Virus record (IMG/VR): IMGVR_UViG_3300048998_000202
DNA from: a virus
Taxonomy: Duplodnaviria; Caudoviricetes
Direction: 5' to 3' (one strand)
Length of the DNA stretch: 64,000 nt
Position numbers and translations under genes: made by a program. Positions 10,194 to 20,063 of the stretch are shown here, one piece after another (position 1 is the first letter of the stretch; every line of letters begins with the position of its first letter). The notes under the pieces were generated by a model. That model was not told the origin of the DNA and searched no databases. It saw only the letters and a program-made list of their open reading frames with translations.

Positions 10194-11038
10194 TTCATCA
10201 CCAACGGCCGGACCAAGCCCCGCAGGAGCTCGTCCTGGGTGCGTTCACGGGCCTTGGGACGCCAGTCCAGGCCAGAGGTCTCCACGAAGACACACGTCTC
10301 CGTCAGGAGGCTGGCCACGTACTGGTTGTAACCCGTGTCGAGCTGCTCGGGAGTGAGGTTGGTGGTCACGAGAGTGGGGGTGCTGGCGGCCGTACGGTGA
10401 CGGATGACGCGGTCCAGCAACCGGTCGATGAAGTCCACTCCCTTCTCGCCGGTCTCCTTGCCGAGGTCGTCGATGCACAGCACGCCGCAGTTCATGATCC
10501 GGCGTTCGAAGTGGTCCTTGTCGGCCTTGTCGCGCCAGCCGGAGGTGTACATCTCCACGATCGAATTCATCTGGGCGACGAAGACATCGTGGTGACGCTG
10601 CATCAGGCCCTTGGCGATCAGCATGAGCATCATGGTCTTGCCGGTGCCGGGATCGGGCGAGTGGAGGATCAGGTTCATGCCGCGCTCGGCGTAGGCGCCG
10701 GAGTGGTCCAGGTAGGTCATCGCCTCAAGCTGGGTCGCGTCCGGGACGTCCGTGGCGTCGATCCAGCCCAGGCGCTGGTAGCTCTTGCCGATGCCGTTGT
10801 TCAGCAGATAGCGGTGAATGATCCACTGGGCGGTGCAGTTGCACTCCCACTGCACGATGTCCGAACGCGAACTGTTCCACCACGGGAACATTCGGGCCCG
10901 GTCGGCCTTCGCCTCGAAGTGGCAGGTAATGCAGGACTGCTGAGGATCCGCCCACAGATCGGGGTGCTGCGCTTTCAGTCGCGCGGAATCGGGATCCTCC
11001 AGCAGCCATCGGGAGCTGGCGTCGGGCAGGCGATACAT
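10190..11038 (-). CDS. DnaC/IstB-like helicase loader ATPase
   Basis: CITC/CNC zinc motif, SPDPGTGKT, LCIDDLGKE, VTTNL. Confidence 0.85.
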   Translation of the reverse strand: MYRLPDASSRWLLEDPDSARLKAQHPDLWADPQQSCITCHFEAKADRARMFPWWNSSRSDIVQWECNCTAQWIIHRYLLNNGIGKSYQRLGWIDATDVPDATQLEAMTYLDHSGAYAERGMNLILHSPDPGTGKTMMLMLIAKGLMQRHHDVFVAQMNSIVEMYTSGWRDKADKDHFERRIMNCGVLCIDDLGKETGEKGVDFIDRLLDRVIRHRTAASTPTLVTTNLTPEQLDTGYNQYVASLLTETCVFVETSGLDWRPKARERTQDELLRGLVRPLVMK

Positions 11039-11084
11039 GGGACTCCTAGATCTCTTTAGGTCCGTGGCGGGTCGGACCGTAGAA

Positions 11085-11483
11085 CTACAGGCGGTTGGCG
11101 ATGACGTCCCCGAAGTACGGGTCACTCCCCTTGGCGAACCGAGACACCGAGATCGGGGTACGGCGCCACATGCCGCGCTGGTTCTCGAAGGCGAAGCGGG
11201 CGATGCCGACGGCCTTGTCTCCGTAGCGGGTCATGAAGCTCTTGAAGGTCGCTGACTCCTTGACCGCGTTGCGTACCTGGGGGCCGTGGTACATCACGAT
11301 CTGGCCCATCGCGTAGTCGCGCAGGTCCTCCCACGTCCAGTCCACGTCGGCCTTCATCAGATACGCGGCCCCGGCCACGGGGGTGATCCGGACGCTCTCC
11401 TGCACGACAGGGGTAGCCGGGGCCGTCTTGGCCACCGGCTTTTCTCCAGCAGCGGCCCTGCGGATGGCGTCGAAATCAATCAC
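11085..11483 (-). CDS. hypothetical protein
   Basis: GTG start coupled to the upstream stop; typical codon usage. Confidence 0.65.
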   Translation of the reverse strand: MIDFDAIRRAAAGEKPVAKTAPATPVVQESVRITPVAGAAYLMKADVDWTWEDLRDYAMGQIVMYHGPQVRNAVKESATFKSFMTRYGDKAVGIARFAFENQRGMWRRTPISVSRFAKGSDPYFGDVIANRL

Positions 11484-11896
11484 TGTTTCTGCTCCTGATC
11501 TGTCGGAACGGAACGGGCCAGACCGCACGTGACGCACCAGTTCCAGAACGCGCTGCCGATCTTCTGGATCTTCGCCCGGTCCACCTCATCTTCGTCCACC
11601 AGATAGTGGTCGGTGAAGGTGATCAGGGGACAGGTCTTGTGCACCAAGGTCATCTGGACGGGCTCATGGCCGTCGCTGGGTGTGGCTATCAGCCAGTGGA
11701 AGTCGTCCATGCCGACGACGTAGCCGTCCATGGGCACGAGAACCCCGGTACGGAACAGCAGCATTCGGCCGTCTACGGCCGCGCGGGCCATCTGTTTGTC
11801 CGACATCGCCGAACCGGACTTGCGACGCGCTCCCGGAAGATCGCGGAAGGTCGCGGGGTCATCGTTCAGGATGTGGCCTGTCGAGCTGACTTTCAC
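11480..11896 (-). CDS. hypothetical protein
   Basis: 3' part of the 432 aa ORF; GAGGGG RBS before GTG at 11896. Confidence 0.6.
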   Translation of the reverse strand: MKVSSTGHILNDDPATFRDLPGARRKSGSAMSDKQMARAAVDGRMLLFRTGVLVPMDGYVVGMDDFHWLIATPSDGHEPVQMTLVHKTCPLITFTDHYLVDEDEVDRAKIQKIGSAFWNWCVTCGLARSVPTDQEQKQ

Positions 11897-12060
11897 TGAA
11901 ACCCCCTCAGATTTTAAAATCCCGCCCCATCCTGATGTCGGCTCAGGAGGGGCGGGCAGCGCATCGTCTGCCTCTCCGTCTGGCGGACCGGGAGGGGGTC
12001 GAGACTCGTGGATCGTATCAAGCGACCGGCTTCGGCAACATGCCCTGACCACCTGAAACG

Positions 12061-12939
12061 CTATCCATCGACACTGCGTGAGTCGTCGTCCCAGAGCGTG
12101 GCCGTCCTGAGCCGCGCAGTCAATCCTTTCAACCGGTATCGGTCCAGAAAAGCAGACAACTCCGGGTAGAGGGCGGAGTTCAGGCGAGTTGGTGCGAAGT
12201 ACGGCGGAGCGGACAACTCCAGCCCCGGCAGTGGCAGTCGGAGGTTGACCAGGACCCGGTTGGTGAGGACCTGGGGGAGCATCTCCCGGACCCTGGGGTC
12301 CTCGATGGCCCGCAGGTCCCCATCGGCCTCCACGACGAGCTGTGCGGCCCGCACAGGCCCTATGCCAGGTACTCCGATGACGTTGTCCGAGACGTCTCCG
12401 GTAAGCGCCATGACAGACGGGAGGTCCCGAGGCCACACCCCAGTCTTGGCGTGGACCTTGGCCTTGTTCCACCGCTCCCCCGTGCTTCGCACGATCTCGC
12501 AGCGGTGTCCCTTGGCGGTGAACCCCGCGAGCTGGAGGAAGTCCTTGTCCTCGCTGACGATCACGGTGTCCTCGTCGGTGTCCTGCCAGTACTTGGCGAT
12601 CAGGTCGTCCGCCTCCACACCGGGCCGCTCGATGTGGAAGATGTTGGACACGGAGAGGAACTCCTTGACCAACCGGCGCTCCTGGGAGGCGCGGGAGTCC
12701 TCGACCTTCTCCCGGCGGTTGGCCTTGTACGACGGCGAGAACCGCAGCCGGTAGTCCGATCCCCCGCCGTCCCAGCACACCACCACCCGTTCCGGCCGCT
12801 CTTCCCGCAGATGCCGGGTCAGGGTGTTGGTAAAGACCACCAGGGCCGCTGTCGACTCTCCGTCAACCGTCATGGCCTCGTGCTGGGTGGCGAACCAACT
12901 GCGCATGAACAGGTTGTTGGCGTCGATCAGGAGGAGCAT
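12061..12939 (-). CDS. 5'-3' exonuclease / flap endonuclease (PolA N-terminal type)
   Basis: LLLIDANN, YKANR, GVEADDLI, SEDKDFLQ, GDVSDNVIGVPGIGPVRA. Confidence 0.92.
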   Translation of the reverse strand: MLLLIDANNLFMRSWFATQHEAMTVDGESTAALVVFTNTLTRHLREERPERVVVCWDGGGSDYRLRFSPSYKANRREKVEDSRASQERRLVKEFLSVSNIFHIERPGVEADDLIAKYWQDTDEDTVIVSEDKDFLQLAGFTAKGHRCEIVRSTGERWNKAKVHAKTGVWPRDLPSVMALTGDVSDNVIGVPGIGPVRAAQLVVEADGDLRAIEDPRVREMLPQVLTNRVLVNLRLPLPGLELSAPPYFAPTRLNSALYPELSAFLDRYRLKGLTARLRTATLWDDDSRSVDG

Positions 12940-13967
12940 CAGGACCTCCCCGACTCCATCTCGTGGAACGGGTGGGCGCCTCCCAGGGGAAAGTTGTCGG
13001 CGATCATCTCGCCCTGGGAACTCATCCGGTGCAGTTGGATACCGCGCTCGACCGCGTTGAGCTTCGCGTCCAGGTCGAGAAGGACGTACGACTTGCTGGA
13101 CTTACCAGAACCCCCCGAGGACCTGGAAGCCGACGGGTCGCAGTCCAGGCCGTACACGATGGTCCCCGTGGGCGGCAGGTAGTCACGGTAGGAGTAGTGC
13201 AGGTGCCCGTGGACGTAGACGTCCGGGATGACAGCGTCCACGACGGACTGGAGCCTCTCCTGGTTGGGCCAGCACTCCTCCAGGTCCTTGCGGTTCCAGT
13301 CGGGCCGGGCGTCCCGGGGCTTGTCGTGGGCCAGCATGACGTTCACCGGACCGCCCACCATGGCGTCCCGCATCTCCTGCTCTGAGATCTCCTCCTGGTG
13401 CCACCAGCTCCACTGGCGCTTCTCGACGAGATAGAGCTCTTTCGGAGTCAGCCGCATCTCCAGCCGCAGGCGCCTCTGGGCTCGCTCCAGGTTCGCCTCG
13501 TCATCCCAGACGCGGCCGTCCTTGTCGATCGAGTAGGCGCCTCCCAAGGACAGGAACTTCACACCGCTCCACGTCCAGCGGTGACCTCGGGGCGAGTAGA
13601 ACAAGCCCGGCTGGATCTCCAGGAAACCGTCAGCCGTCATCGGCTTGGTGGCCTCCCACTCGAACAGCAGGTCGTAGTTGTCGTGGTTGCCCGCCAGGAA
13701 CACCACCGGGCACTTGTACCGGTTGGCGAACTGGGAGACATGATCGGTGAACTTGCCGCCATCGAGGTGGTTCCAGATGCCGAAGTCGCCCAGGACGAAG
13801 ACGGCATCGGCGTCCCTGTCGCACGCCTCTGCCACCAGCGTCTTGACGTGGTTGGCGTCGCCGTGGGTGTCTCCGGCCAGCAGGATCTTGCGGGGTTGCT
13901 CTACGGCGTTGCTCTCGTACGTCACCGCGTCCGGCAAGCGCTCGGGCTTGGTGTATCTGTCGACCAT
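12939..13967 (-). CDS. calcineurin-like metallophosphoesterase
   Basis: GDTHG, LGDFG, GNHD, GGAYSID, HGHLH. Confidence 0.9.
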   Translation of the reverse strand: MVDRYTKPERLPDAVTYESNAVEQPRKILLAGDTHGDANHVKTLVAEACDRDADAVFVLGDFGIWNHLDGGKFTDHVSQFANRYKCPVVFLAGNHDNYDLLFEWEATKPMTADGFLEIQPGLFYSPRGHRWTWSGVKFLSLGGAYSIDKDGRVWDDEANLERAQRRLRLEMRLTPKELYLVEKRQWSWWHQEEISEQEMRDAMVGGPVNVMLAHDKPRDARPDWNRKDLEECWPNQERLQSVVDAVIPDVYVHGHLHYSYRDYLPPTGTIVYGLDCDPSASRSSGGSGKSSKSYVLLDLDAKLNAVERGIQLHRMSSQGEMIADNFPLGGAHPFHEMESGRS

Positions 13968-14428
13968 TACTCGTCCATTCCGGGTTCGCCGATGACGCGG
14001 TACAGCCGGGCTTCCAAGAGCACGAGCTGGATGACCACCGAGAGCTGCTCGCCGTCGATCGCGTTGTTCTGGACCAGCGCGTAGGCCATGCGCTCGATGT
14101 CGGCGAGGGTGTAGAAGCGGTTGCCCTTCTCCGTGCGCTTGGGCTCCAGCAGGAGTCCGTTGAGCACGAAGTAGCCCTGCGGGTAGTGGGGCTCGGCGGC
14201 CCGGTACCTCCAGCGCAGCCAGTCGCTGCCCTTGCCGAAGAACAGCTTGGCCGTCTCTTGCACGGTGTAGCTCGGCCGAGGCATCCCCGTACCGGACTTC
14301 GGGAACATCGTGTCCCACAGGTAGAAGGACAGGCCGATCTTCGGGTCCTCCTGCGGGGCGAGACCGAAGGACTCGATGTCGTCCAGGGTGAAGACCACCT
14401 GGTCTTGGCTTTCGGGGACGTTCTTCAT
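13967..14428 (-). CDS. MerR-like HTH DNA-binding protein
   Basis: YTVQETAKLF...WLRW...PKRTEKGNRFYTLADIE. Confidence 0.7.
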   Translation of the reverse strand: MKNVPESQDQVVFTLDDIESFGLAPQEDPKIGLSFYLWDTMFPKSGTGMPRPSYTVQETAKLFFGKGSDWLRWRYRAAEPHYPQGYFVLNGLLLEPKRTEKGNRFYTLADIERMAYALVQNNAIDGEQLSVVIQLVLLEARLYRVIGEPGMDE

Positions 14429-14444
14429 GGTTCCTCCTACGCAA

Positions 14445-14479
14445 GGGGCCGGGGTGGCCCAATGGGCTCCCCGGCCCCA
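14445..14479. terminator. hairpin between 14494-15231 and the MerR-like gene
   Basis: GGGGCCGGGG...CCCCGGCCCC inverted repeat. Confidence 0.45.
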
Positions 14480-14493
14480 GTGGGGTGCGACTA

Positions 14494-15231
14494 CTACTTC
14501 TTCTTGATGGCGCGCAGGTACAGCGCGCAGCCGTTCCGCCCCCGCTTGACGATCCTCGCCAACATGCTGGCGTCACCGGTCCGCAGGACGTACGCGCGGA
14601 TCTTCTCCGCGTCCGGGACCCGCCGGACCACCGTGACGGCCTTGTAGGTCTTCTCGTCGATCTCCCCGGCCTCGTACGCCCGGTCGATGGCGCCCAGGTC
14701 CCGGGACAACCGGCCCGAGGAGAACTGGTTGGAGAACTGCTTGGTGCTGCCCGGGATCACCGTGACCTGGGGCTCACCCTTGGCCGCCAGGATGTAGTGG
14801 CCCTTGGCGTCCCGCTCGGTCGCGGTGGCCACGAGGTTGCCGTTGAGGAAGACGTCCTTGGCGAACGCCAGACCCTTCTCCTCGGCGTCCACGTCCTGGT
14901 GGGTCCGGACGATCTCCTTGACCTGCTCCTCGCGCTTGCCGATGAGCTTGACGACCTCCTGGAGCGCCTCGTACTCGGCACCGATCGCGGCGACCTCGTC
15001 CTCGGTCAGGGCTCGCCGATCGACAACGATGGTCTTGTTGAACGTGGCCGACAGGGTCCGCAGCGCGTCGCGGATCTCCTTGGTCGCGGTCAGCGCCTCG
15101 GGCACCTCGGGGAATTCCTCGGGCGCGTTGTCCTGGGGTATGGCACCCAGGAGCTTCTCGGCGAGGTCCTCGATCGTGGCGTCCTTCAGCACGATGCGCT
15201 GGGTACGGGTGACGGGGACGAGCTGGGTCAC
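14494..15231 (-). CDS. hypothetical protein
   Basis: 245 aa ORF with GGAGG RBS. Confidence 0.7.
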   Translation of the reverse strand: MTQLVPVTRTQRIVLKDATIEDLAEKLLGAIPQDNAPEEFPEVPEALTATKEIRDALRTLSATFNKTIVVDRRALTEDEVAAIGAEYEALQEVVKLIGKREEQVKEIVRTHQDVDAEEKGLAFAKDVFLNGNLVATATERDAKGHYILAAKGEPQVTVIPGSTKQFSNQFSSGRLSRDLGAIDRAYEAGEIDEKTYKAVTVVRRVPDAEKIRAYVLRTGDASMLARIVKRGRNGCALYLRAIKKK

Positions 15232-15273
15232 AGTGACCTCCGGGTCGAGACGATCTCTGGCGTTACCGCCACT

Positions 15274-15291
15274 CTACAAGAATCCTTGGAG
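15274..15291. promoter_or_regulatory. operator-like site CTACAA-N6-TTGGAG
   Basis: Near-copy of the sites at 17769 and 57341; overlaps a TAGAGT -10 on the minus strand. Confidence 0.6.
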
Positions 15292-15316
15292 TATCGCTAC
15301 TCCCCCTGCATACAAG

Positions 15317-15452
15317 AAAGGATCCCCTCCCACAAGGAGAGGGGATCCATCCGGGTCTTCTAGAGACCCTCCCTGCCATGCCATGACCTGCCACACCCTG
15401 CCAAGCCCTACCGGGCCGAGCCCTGCCACACCTTGCGACCCTGACTCTATCA
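15317..15452 (-). ncRNA. GGY-NN repeat small-RNA cassette A
   Basis: TGATAGAGT, 12 pentamers (NN: GT AG TC CC AG TT AG GT AG AT AT AG), then hairpins. Confidence 0.8.
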
Positions 15453-15713
15453 AGACTTAGGCGGATCATCCGTCTCGGGATAGATCTGGTTGTGGACTTC
15501 CACATAGTGGGCCCCTTCCAGCAGCGAGGCGTTGCCCGGCTTCCACGACCAGAAGAAGCTGTCGTCCACCACGACCTTCACTCGCTGCCCCAGACCCCTC
15601 AGGTCTTCCAATCGCCAGACGTACTTCACCGAGGGGTCCCTGGGGTTGATCTCCCTCTCCCTGCACCAGTCCTCGAACTGGTGCAGGGAGTTGGTGAGAA
15701 CCAGGGTGATCAT
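15450..15713 (-). CDS. small hypothetical protein
   Basis: MITLVLTN...; ATG overlaps the DinG stop. Confidence 0.6.
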   Translation of the reverse strand: MITLVLTNSLHQFEDWCREREINPRDPSVKYVWRLEDLRGLGQRVKVVVDDSFFWSWKPGNASLLEGAHYVEVHNQIYPETDDPPKS

Positions 15714-17728
15714 CAGGCGGCCTGTCCGAAGGGGCGGCCCTCGAAGAACGCCTGCACGTCGGCGAGCTCGGTGGAGACCGGGAAGTCCGGCAGCGCGGTG
15801 ACGATGCCCCGGCCGTACGGGGTGCTGGTCAGACGAGAGTCCAGAACGGCCACCACACCCCGGTCGGTGGTGGTACGGATCAGGCGGCCGATGGCCTGCT
15901 CCAGAGACAGGGTCATCATCGGGATGGCCAGCGAGCTGAAGGGACGGCGTCCAGCCCGCTCCTCGGCCAGCGAGCGGGCCCGGTAGATCGGGTCGGACGG
16001 AACCGGGAACGGGAGCTTGTCGATGATCACCAGGCGACACGCATTGCCCGGGATGTCCACCCCGACGAAGAAGCTCTTCAAGGCGAACAACACGCTGTGC
16101 TCGTCCTCCCTGAAGATCCGGGCGAGCTGCTTGTTGCTCCGACCATCACCTTGCATCATCGTGGTCAGCCCCCGGTCGGCCAGGCGGTCCGCCAGGTCTT
16201 CGTACGCAGCCTCCATGGCCTTCCTGGAGGTGTAGAGCAGCAAGGCGCCACCCTGGGCCGCGTCGACCAGGGAGAGAGTCGTCTGAACCGCGTAGCCGCT
16301 CCAGGAGGCGTACTCCTTGGGCGAGGGCACCGCCGGTCCAGGGACGAACATGCCGCCCTGCTTCCGGAGATCGAAGGGGGTGCCGACGTCGACCGTCCCG
16401 GCGTCCCACAGGCCCAGGGTGCGCTTGATGTAGGTGAAGTCGCCGTTGCCCTGGCGGTCCTTGCCCGCCGAAAGAGTCGCGGACATCACGATCGAGGGGG
16501 TCTCGTCCCAGAGCATCTTCTTCAGGAAGGGGGCGACGTCCACGGGGGCGATCTTCAGGCGCCAGTAGTCGTTGTCCCGGACCTTGTAGCCCTCGACCCA
16601 GCGGACACGCTCGTGGTCCTCGGAGAGCAGCAGCTCCTCCAGGGTCTCCAAGGCGTTGCGGATCCGGGCCTGGAGCAGCTTGAGCTTGGCCTGCTGCCGG
16701 TCGTGGTCGACTTCGATCTTGATCCCGGTGAGGTCCAGGTAGACCGACTTCAGCAGGTCGCCCAGGTCCGCGAAGGGCTCGAAGTTCTCGGTGAACCAGC
16801 TCTGGGTCAGCGCGTTGCCGACCAGCTCGGACATCAGTCCGTCCATCCGGTTCATGATCAGCACGCAGGAGTCGACACGGTCGGTCAGGTCACCACCGTG
16901 TACGGCCGTGAAGGTCATCGCGTCCCGGATCAGCAGGGAGACGCCGCGCGGGGTGAAGTCCCGGCCGAGCGCGTTGGCCGCGTACTCCGGCAGCTCGTGG
17001 CCCTCGTCGAAGAGCACCACCCCACGGTCGCCGAGCATGGTGAGCGGCGGGGTGTTCTCTCCCCGGGTCTTCTCCTGTATCACCAGGTCGGTCATCAGCA
17101 TGGCCTGGTTGGTGACCACCAGGTCGGATTCCAGGCCCTTGCGCTTGGCCTTCTCTGCGTAGCAGATCTCCCCGAAGGGGCACTCGGACTTCCCCGGGCA
17201 CTCGGCGGAGGAGCTGGCCAGCTTGGACCAGGTGAAGTTGTCGATCTCGACGTCAAAGTGCTCGCGGTCGCCGGAGTGCTCCTCGTCGACCTTCAGCTCG
17301 GCCCGGACGGCCTCGGCGGTCTCGTCACGCTCCATGTCGTCGCTGTTCAGCTTGACCTGGCAGGCGTAGTTGGAGCGGCCCTTGACCAGGGCCCAGGTGA
17401 AGGGGATGCCGGACTTCTCGGCCAGGAAGGGCAGGTCCTTGGTGGCGTACTGCTCCTGAAGGGCCTTGGTGGCCGTGGCGACAATGATGCGCTGGCCCTT
17501 GTGCAGCGCCTGGATCAGCGCCGGGGTGACCCCACCCAGGGACTTGCCGGTACCGCAGCCCGCCTGGACGTACAGGGACTCGCCCTTGGCCAGGGCCTGC
17601 TCGATCGCGGAGGCCATCTTCTGCTGCGGCTCGCGGGGCTCGTAGCCCGGCAGGTGCTTCGCGAAGTTCACCTCGACGGCGGAGAAGCTGGCGGGTATGT
17701 CGCGGGTCTCGGTCGGGGTGACGGTCAC
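15713..17728 (-). CDS. dinG: DinG/YoaA-family helicase with Fe-S cysteines
   Basis: QAGCGTGKS, KGRSNYAC, CPGKSECPFGEIC, FDEGHEL, MSATL, IDKLPF, QAIGRLIR. Confidence 0.93.
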   Translation of the reverse strand: MTVTPTETRDIPASFSAVEVNFAKHLPGYEPREPQQKMASAIEQALAKGESLYVQAGCGTGKSLGGVTPALIQALHKGQRIIVATATKALQEQYATKDLPFLAEKSGIPFTWALVKGRSNYACQVKLNSDDMERDETAEAVRAELKVDEEHSGDREHFDVEIDNFTWSKLASSSAECPGKSECPFGEICYAEKAKRKGLESDLVVTNQAMLMTDLVIQEKTRGENTPPLTMLGDRGVVLFDEGHELPEYAANALGRDFTPRGVSLLIRDAMTFTAVHGGDLTDRVDSCVLIMNRMDGLMSELVGNALTQSWFTENFEPFADLGDLLKSVYLDLTGIKIEVDHDRQQAKLKLLQARIRNALETLEELLLSEDHERVRWVEGYKVRDNDYWRLKIAPVDVAPFLKKMLWDETPSIVMSATLSAGKDRQGNGDFTYIKRTLGLWDAGTVDVGTPFDLRKQGGMFVPGPAVPSPKEYASWSGYAVQTTLSLVDAAQGGALLLYTSRKAMEAAYEDLADRLADRGLTTMMQGDGRSNKQLARIFREDEHSVLFALKSFFVGVDIPGNACRLVIIDKLPFPVPSDPIYRARSLAEERAGRRPFSSLAIPMMTLSLEQAIGRLIRTTTDRGVVAVLDSRLTSTPYGRGIVTALPDFPVSTELADVQAFFEGRPFGQAA

Positions 17729-17768
17729 TTGTGCCCTCCTCGGATCTTCTCTGGCAGACGCCAGACTA

Positions 17769-17786
17769 CACCAACAATCCTTGGAG
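17769..17786. promoter_or_regulatory. operator-like site CACCAA-N6-TTGGAG in the dinG promoter
   Basis: 17/18 identical to the reverse complement of 57341-57358. Confidence 0.6.
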
Positions 17787-17857
17787 TGGGAAGAGAGATT
17801 TTAAAAAGCCTGAACCCCCCGGACCAGAGGTTCGGGGGGTTCTAGTTCAGGGGCCAC

Positions 17858-18997
17858 TTGCGTGTACGATCCCCCACAGGCCGAGGTGCTGGGACGGGAA
17901 TCCCAACCACCTCACAGGCCAGCCCCACATCGACGAAAGACGGGCCTGCGTTGAAGTTGTCTTCACACCGTAGCGGAAGCATCCCGACGAGTCACGTCGA
18001 TCAAGGTGTTGACGACGTCAATGCCGACCATCCGGTCTACGACATCACCCGCGCACTCGCCGACGCGGTGGTCTCCCCCGCCGAAGCCCGGGTCGCCCTG
18101 GCGCTGGTCCTCCACAGCCCTCAGGGGCTACGACAGATCGAGCTGACGTCCGGGGTCTGCGACGACTCGATCCTGAAGATCCTCCCCGAGGCCGGGGCCG
18201 GGACGACGCTGCTCTCCTGTTCCAACCGAGGGCAGTTCTCGTATGACGAGACCGAACGCCGGGCCATGTCCCTGCACGTCAGGCGTTACCGGACATCGGT
18301 CGAGCACCTCTGGTTCTTCTCTTCTACTACTGCTAAAGAAGTCCAGGAGATTAAGGATTCTAAAGATCCTAAGAATGTAGAACCCAGAGGTGCTCGACCG
18401 ATGTCCGGTGTGGAACTGAAGGCCCTGGACCCAGCCCTGGACCTCTGGAACAACCCCTCGGAGTACCACCGAGGAGCTGAGCGCTTCGGGGATGCTGGAT
18501 GGGTCCTGGCCATGGTGACGAGGATGAAAGCAACCCCGTTCACTCTGGACGAGCTGAGCAGAATCCTCCGTGTGGGTGAACGGCAGGTCCGCCGGATCAT
18601 CGACCGCCTGGCCGCCTCGGGCTACGCCTCCCGGGTCCGGGAGGGCCGCAGGGTCCAGGTCCTCGTGGACTTCTCGTACCTGACGACCGAGGAAGGCCAG
18701 AACGACTACCTGAAGACCAACCGTCGGGCGGCGAAGACCCGGATCCAGCAGCACGAGGGGAACGCGGTCAAACGCCTGGGAACCAAGATCGGCAGGGACG
18801 TCCGAGAGATGTGGGAGCGCCGCAAGACGGAGCTTCAGATGTTCCGAGACTGGGCCGAGATGAGTGGCAGCCGCTGCTGGGCGCCCCTGATCAAGATCTT
18901 GGAGCACAAGTCCCGGAAGGAAGATCGGAAAAACGGCCTGACCCGCTGGGAGGCCGAGGACCGGATCTACAACTACTTGAAGCCCCTGACGGAGTAA
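17858..18997 (+). CDS. HTH DNA-binding protein, possible replication initiator (start uncertain)
   Basis: FTLDELSRILRVGERQVRRIIDRLAASGY winged-HTH; internal AT-rich repeat tract. Confidence 0.55.
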   Translation: MRVRSPTGRGAGTGIPTTSQASPTSTKDGPALKLSSHRSGSIPTSHVDQGVDDVNADHPVYDITRALADAVVSPAEARVALALVLHSPQGLRQIELTSGVCDDSILKILPEAGAGTTLLSCSNRGQFSYDETERRAMSLHVRRYRTSVEHLWFFSSTTAKEVQEIKDSKDPKNVEPRGARPMSGVELKALDPALDLWNNPSEYHRGAERFGDAGWVLAMVTRMKATPFTLDELSRILRVGERQVRRIIDRLAASGYASRVREGRRVQVLVDFSYLTTEEGQNDYLKTNRRAAKTRIQQHEGNAVKRLGTKIGRDVREMWERRKTELQMFRDWAEMSGSRCWAPLIKILEHKSRKEDRKNGLTRWEAEDRIYNYLKPLTE

Positions 18998-19066
18998 GGT
19001 CCTGGACAAACAGAACGACCGCCCCACCTGTATGGGACGGTCGTACCGTGACACAAGGAGCATACC

Positions 19067-19963
19067 GTGACGATCGAGCGCAGGGCCTCGCCCTTCGACT
19101 CCATCCGGTACGTGGATCCGGACTTCGGCGAGTGCTGGTACGCCCGGGAACTGATGCCGCTGATGGGGTACTCCCTGTGGCGCCACTTCAACTCCGTCAT
19201 CGGCCGGGCCCGGACCTCCATGAGCAACGACGGCCACGACGTCCGGGAGCACTTCTGGCTGATCAAACGGCCTGCCGAGGTTAATGTCGACCGGTCGACA
19301 AAAACCTCTGACCAGGGAGGACGTCCCTCTGTCGACTTTCGACTGAGCCGCCACGCCTGCTACTTCATCGCCATGAACGGCGACCCGAAGAAAGAGCAGG
19401 TAGCGCTCGCGCAGGGCTACTTCGTCGGCCAGACGGTGAAGATGGAGCAGATCGAGAGGGCTATCCAGGCGCCCCCATCTCCTCCCGTGGCGCTTCCGCC
19501 GATGCCCAGTCACATCGAAGCCCTGCGGGGCTGGGCGGACGCCCTGGAGGGCCAGCAGAGGGCCGAGCAGGTCGCTCTGGAGGCCCAGCGCCTCGCGGAG
19601 GAACTGCGCCCCCCTGCGGAGGCGTGGAACGCCCTGGCGGCAGCCGGAGGGGACTGCTCGGTGGCCGAGGCCGCCGCGATCCTCAACCGGGATCCCGGCA
19701 TCGTCACCGGTCCGGCCCGGCTGTTCCGGTGGCTGCGTGAGATAGGCATCGTCTACCGGCGGCCCAACGATCAACTCGTGCCGTACTCCCAGCACCTGAC
19801 GCACGTACGGCTCCGGCCGACCAACGGGGGCGCCACCGAGGTCCGGATCACGCCGGACGGGCTGGTGTGGATTCAGCAGCGGATGCGTCAGGAGCAGCAG
19901 CGTCCGGCACTGACGATCGTGCCGGACCAGAAAGCCGATGTGGTTCCGATACGTAGGACCTGA
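19067..19963 (+). CDS. phage antirepressor (BRO/DinD-like N-terminus plus ANT/KilAC C-terminus)
   Basis: SPFDSIR, WYARELMPLMGY, LSRHACYFIAMNGDPKKEQVALAQGYF; SVAEAAAIL..RLFRWLR..VRITPDGL. Confidence 0.88.
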   Translation: MTIERRASPFDSIRYVDPDFGECWYARELMPLMGYSLWRHFNSVIGRARTSMSNDGHDVREHFWLIKRPAEVNVDRSTKTSDQGGRPSVDFRLSRHACYFIAMNGDPKKEQVALAQGYFVGQTVKMEQIERAIQAPPSPPVALPPMPSHIEALRGWADALEGQQRAEQVALEAQRLAEELRPPAEAWNALAAAGGDCSVAEAAAILNRDPGIVTGPARLFRWLREIGIVYRRPNDQLVPYSQHLTHVRLRPTNGGATEVRITPDGLVWIQQRMRQEQQRPALTIVPDQKADVVPIRRT

Positions 19964-20063
19964 TAGAGTCAAGTCTTGCAGGGCACGGTAGGGCTAGGCT
20001 AGGCAAGGCCCGGCGCGGCAGGGCACGGCATGGAAGGGCGTCATCCTTCGGGGTGGCGCCCTC
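19961..20063 (+). ncRNA. GGY-NN repeat small-RNA cassette B
   Basis: TGATAGAGTCAAGTCTTGC, 10 pentamers (NN: AC AG TA TA AA CC GC AG AC AT), hairpin AGGGCGTCATCC-TTC-GGGTGGCGCCCT. Confidence 0.85.
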
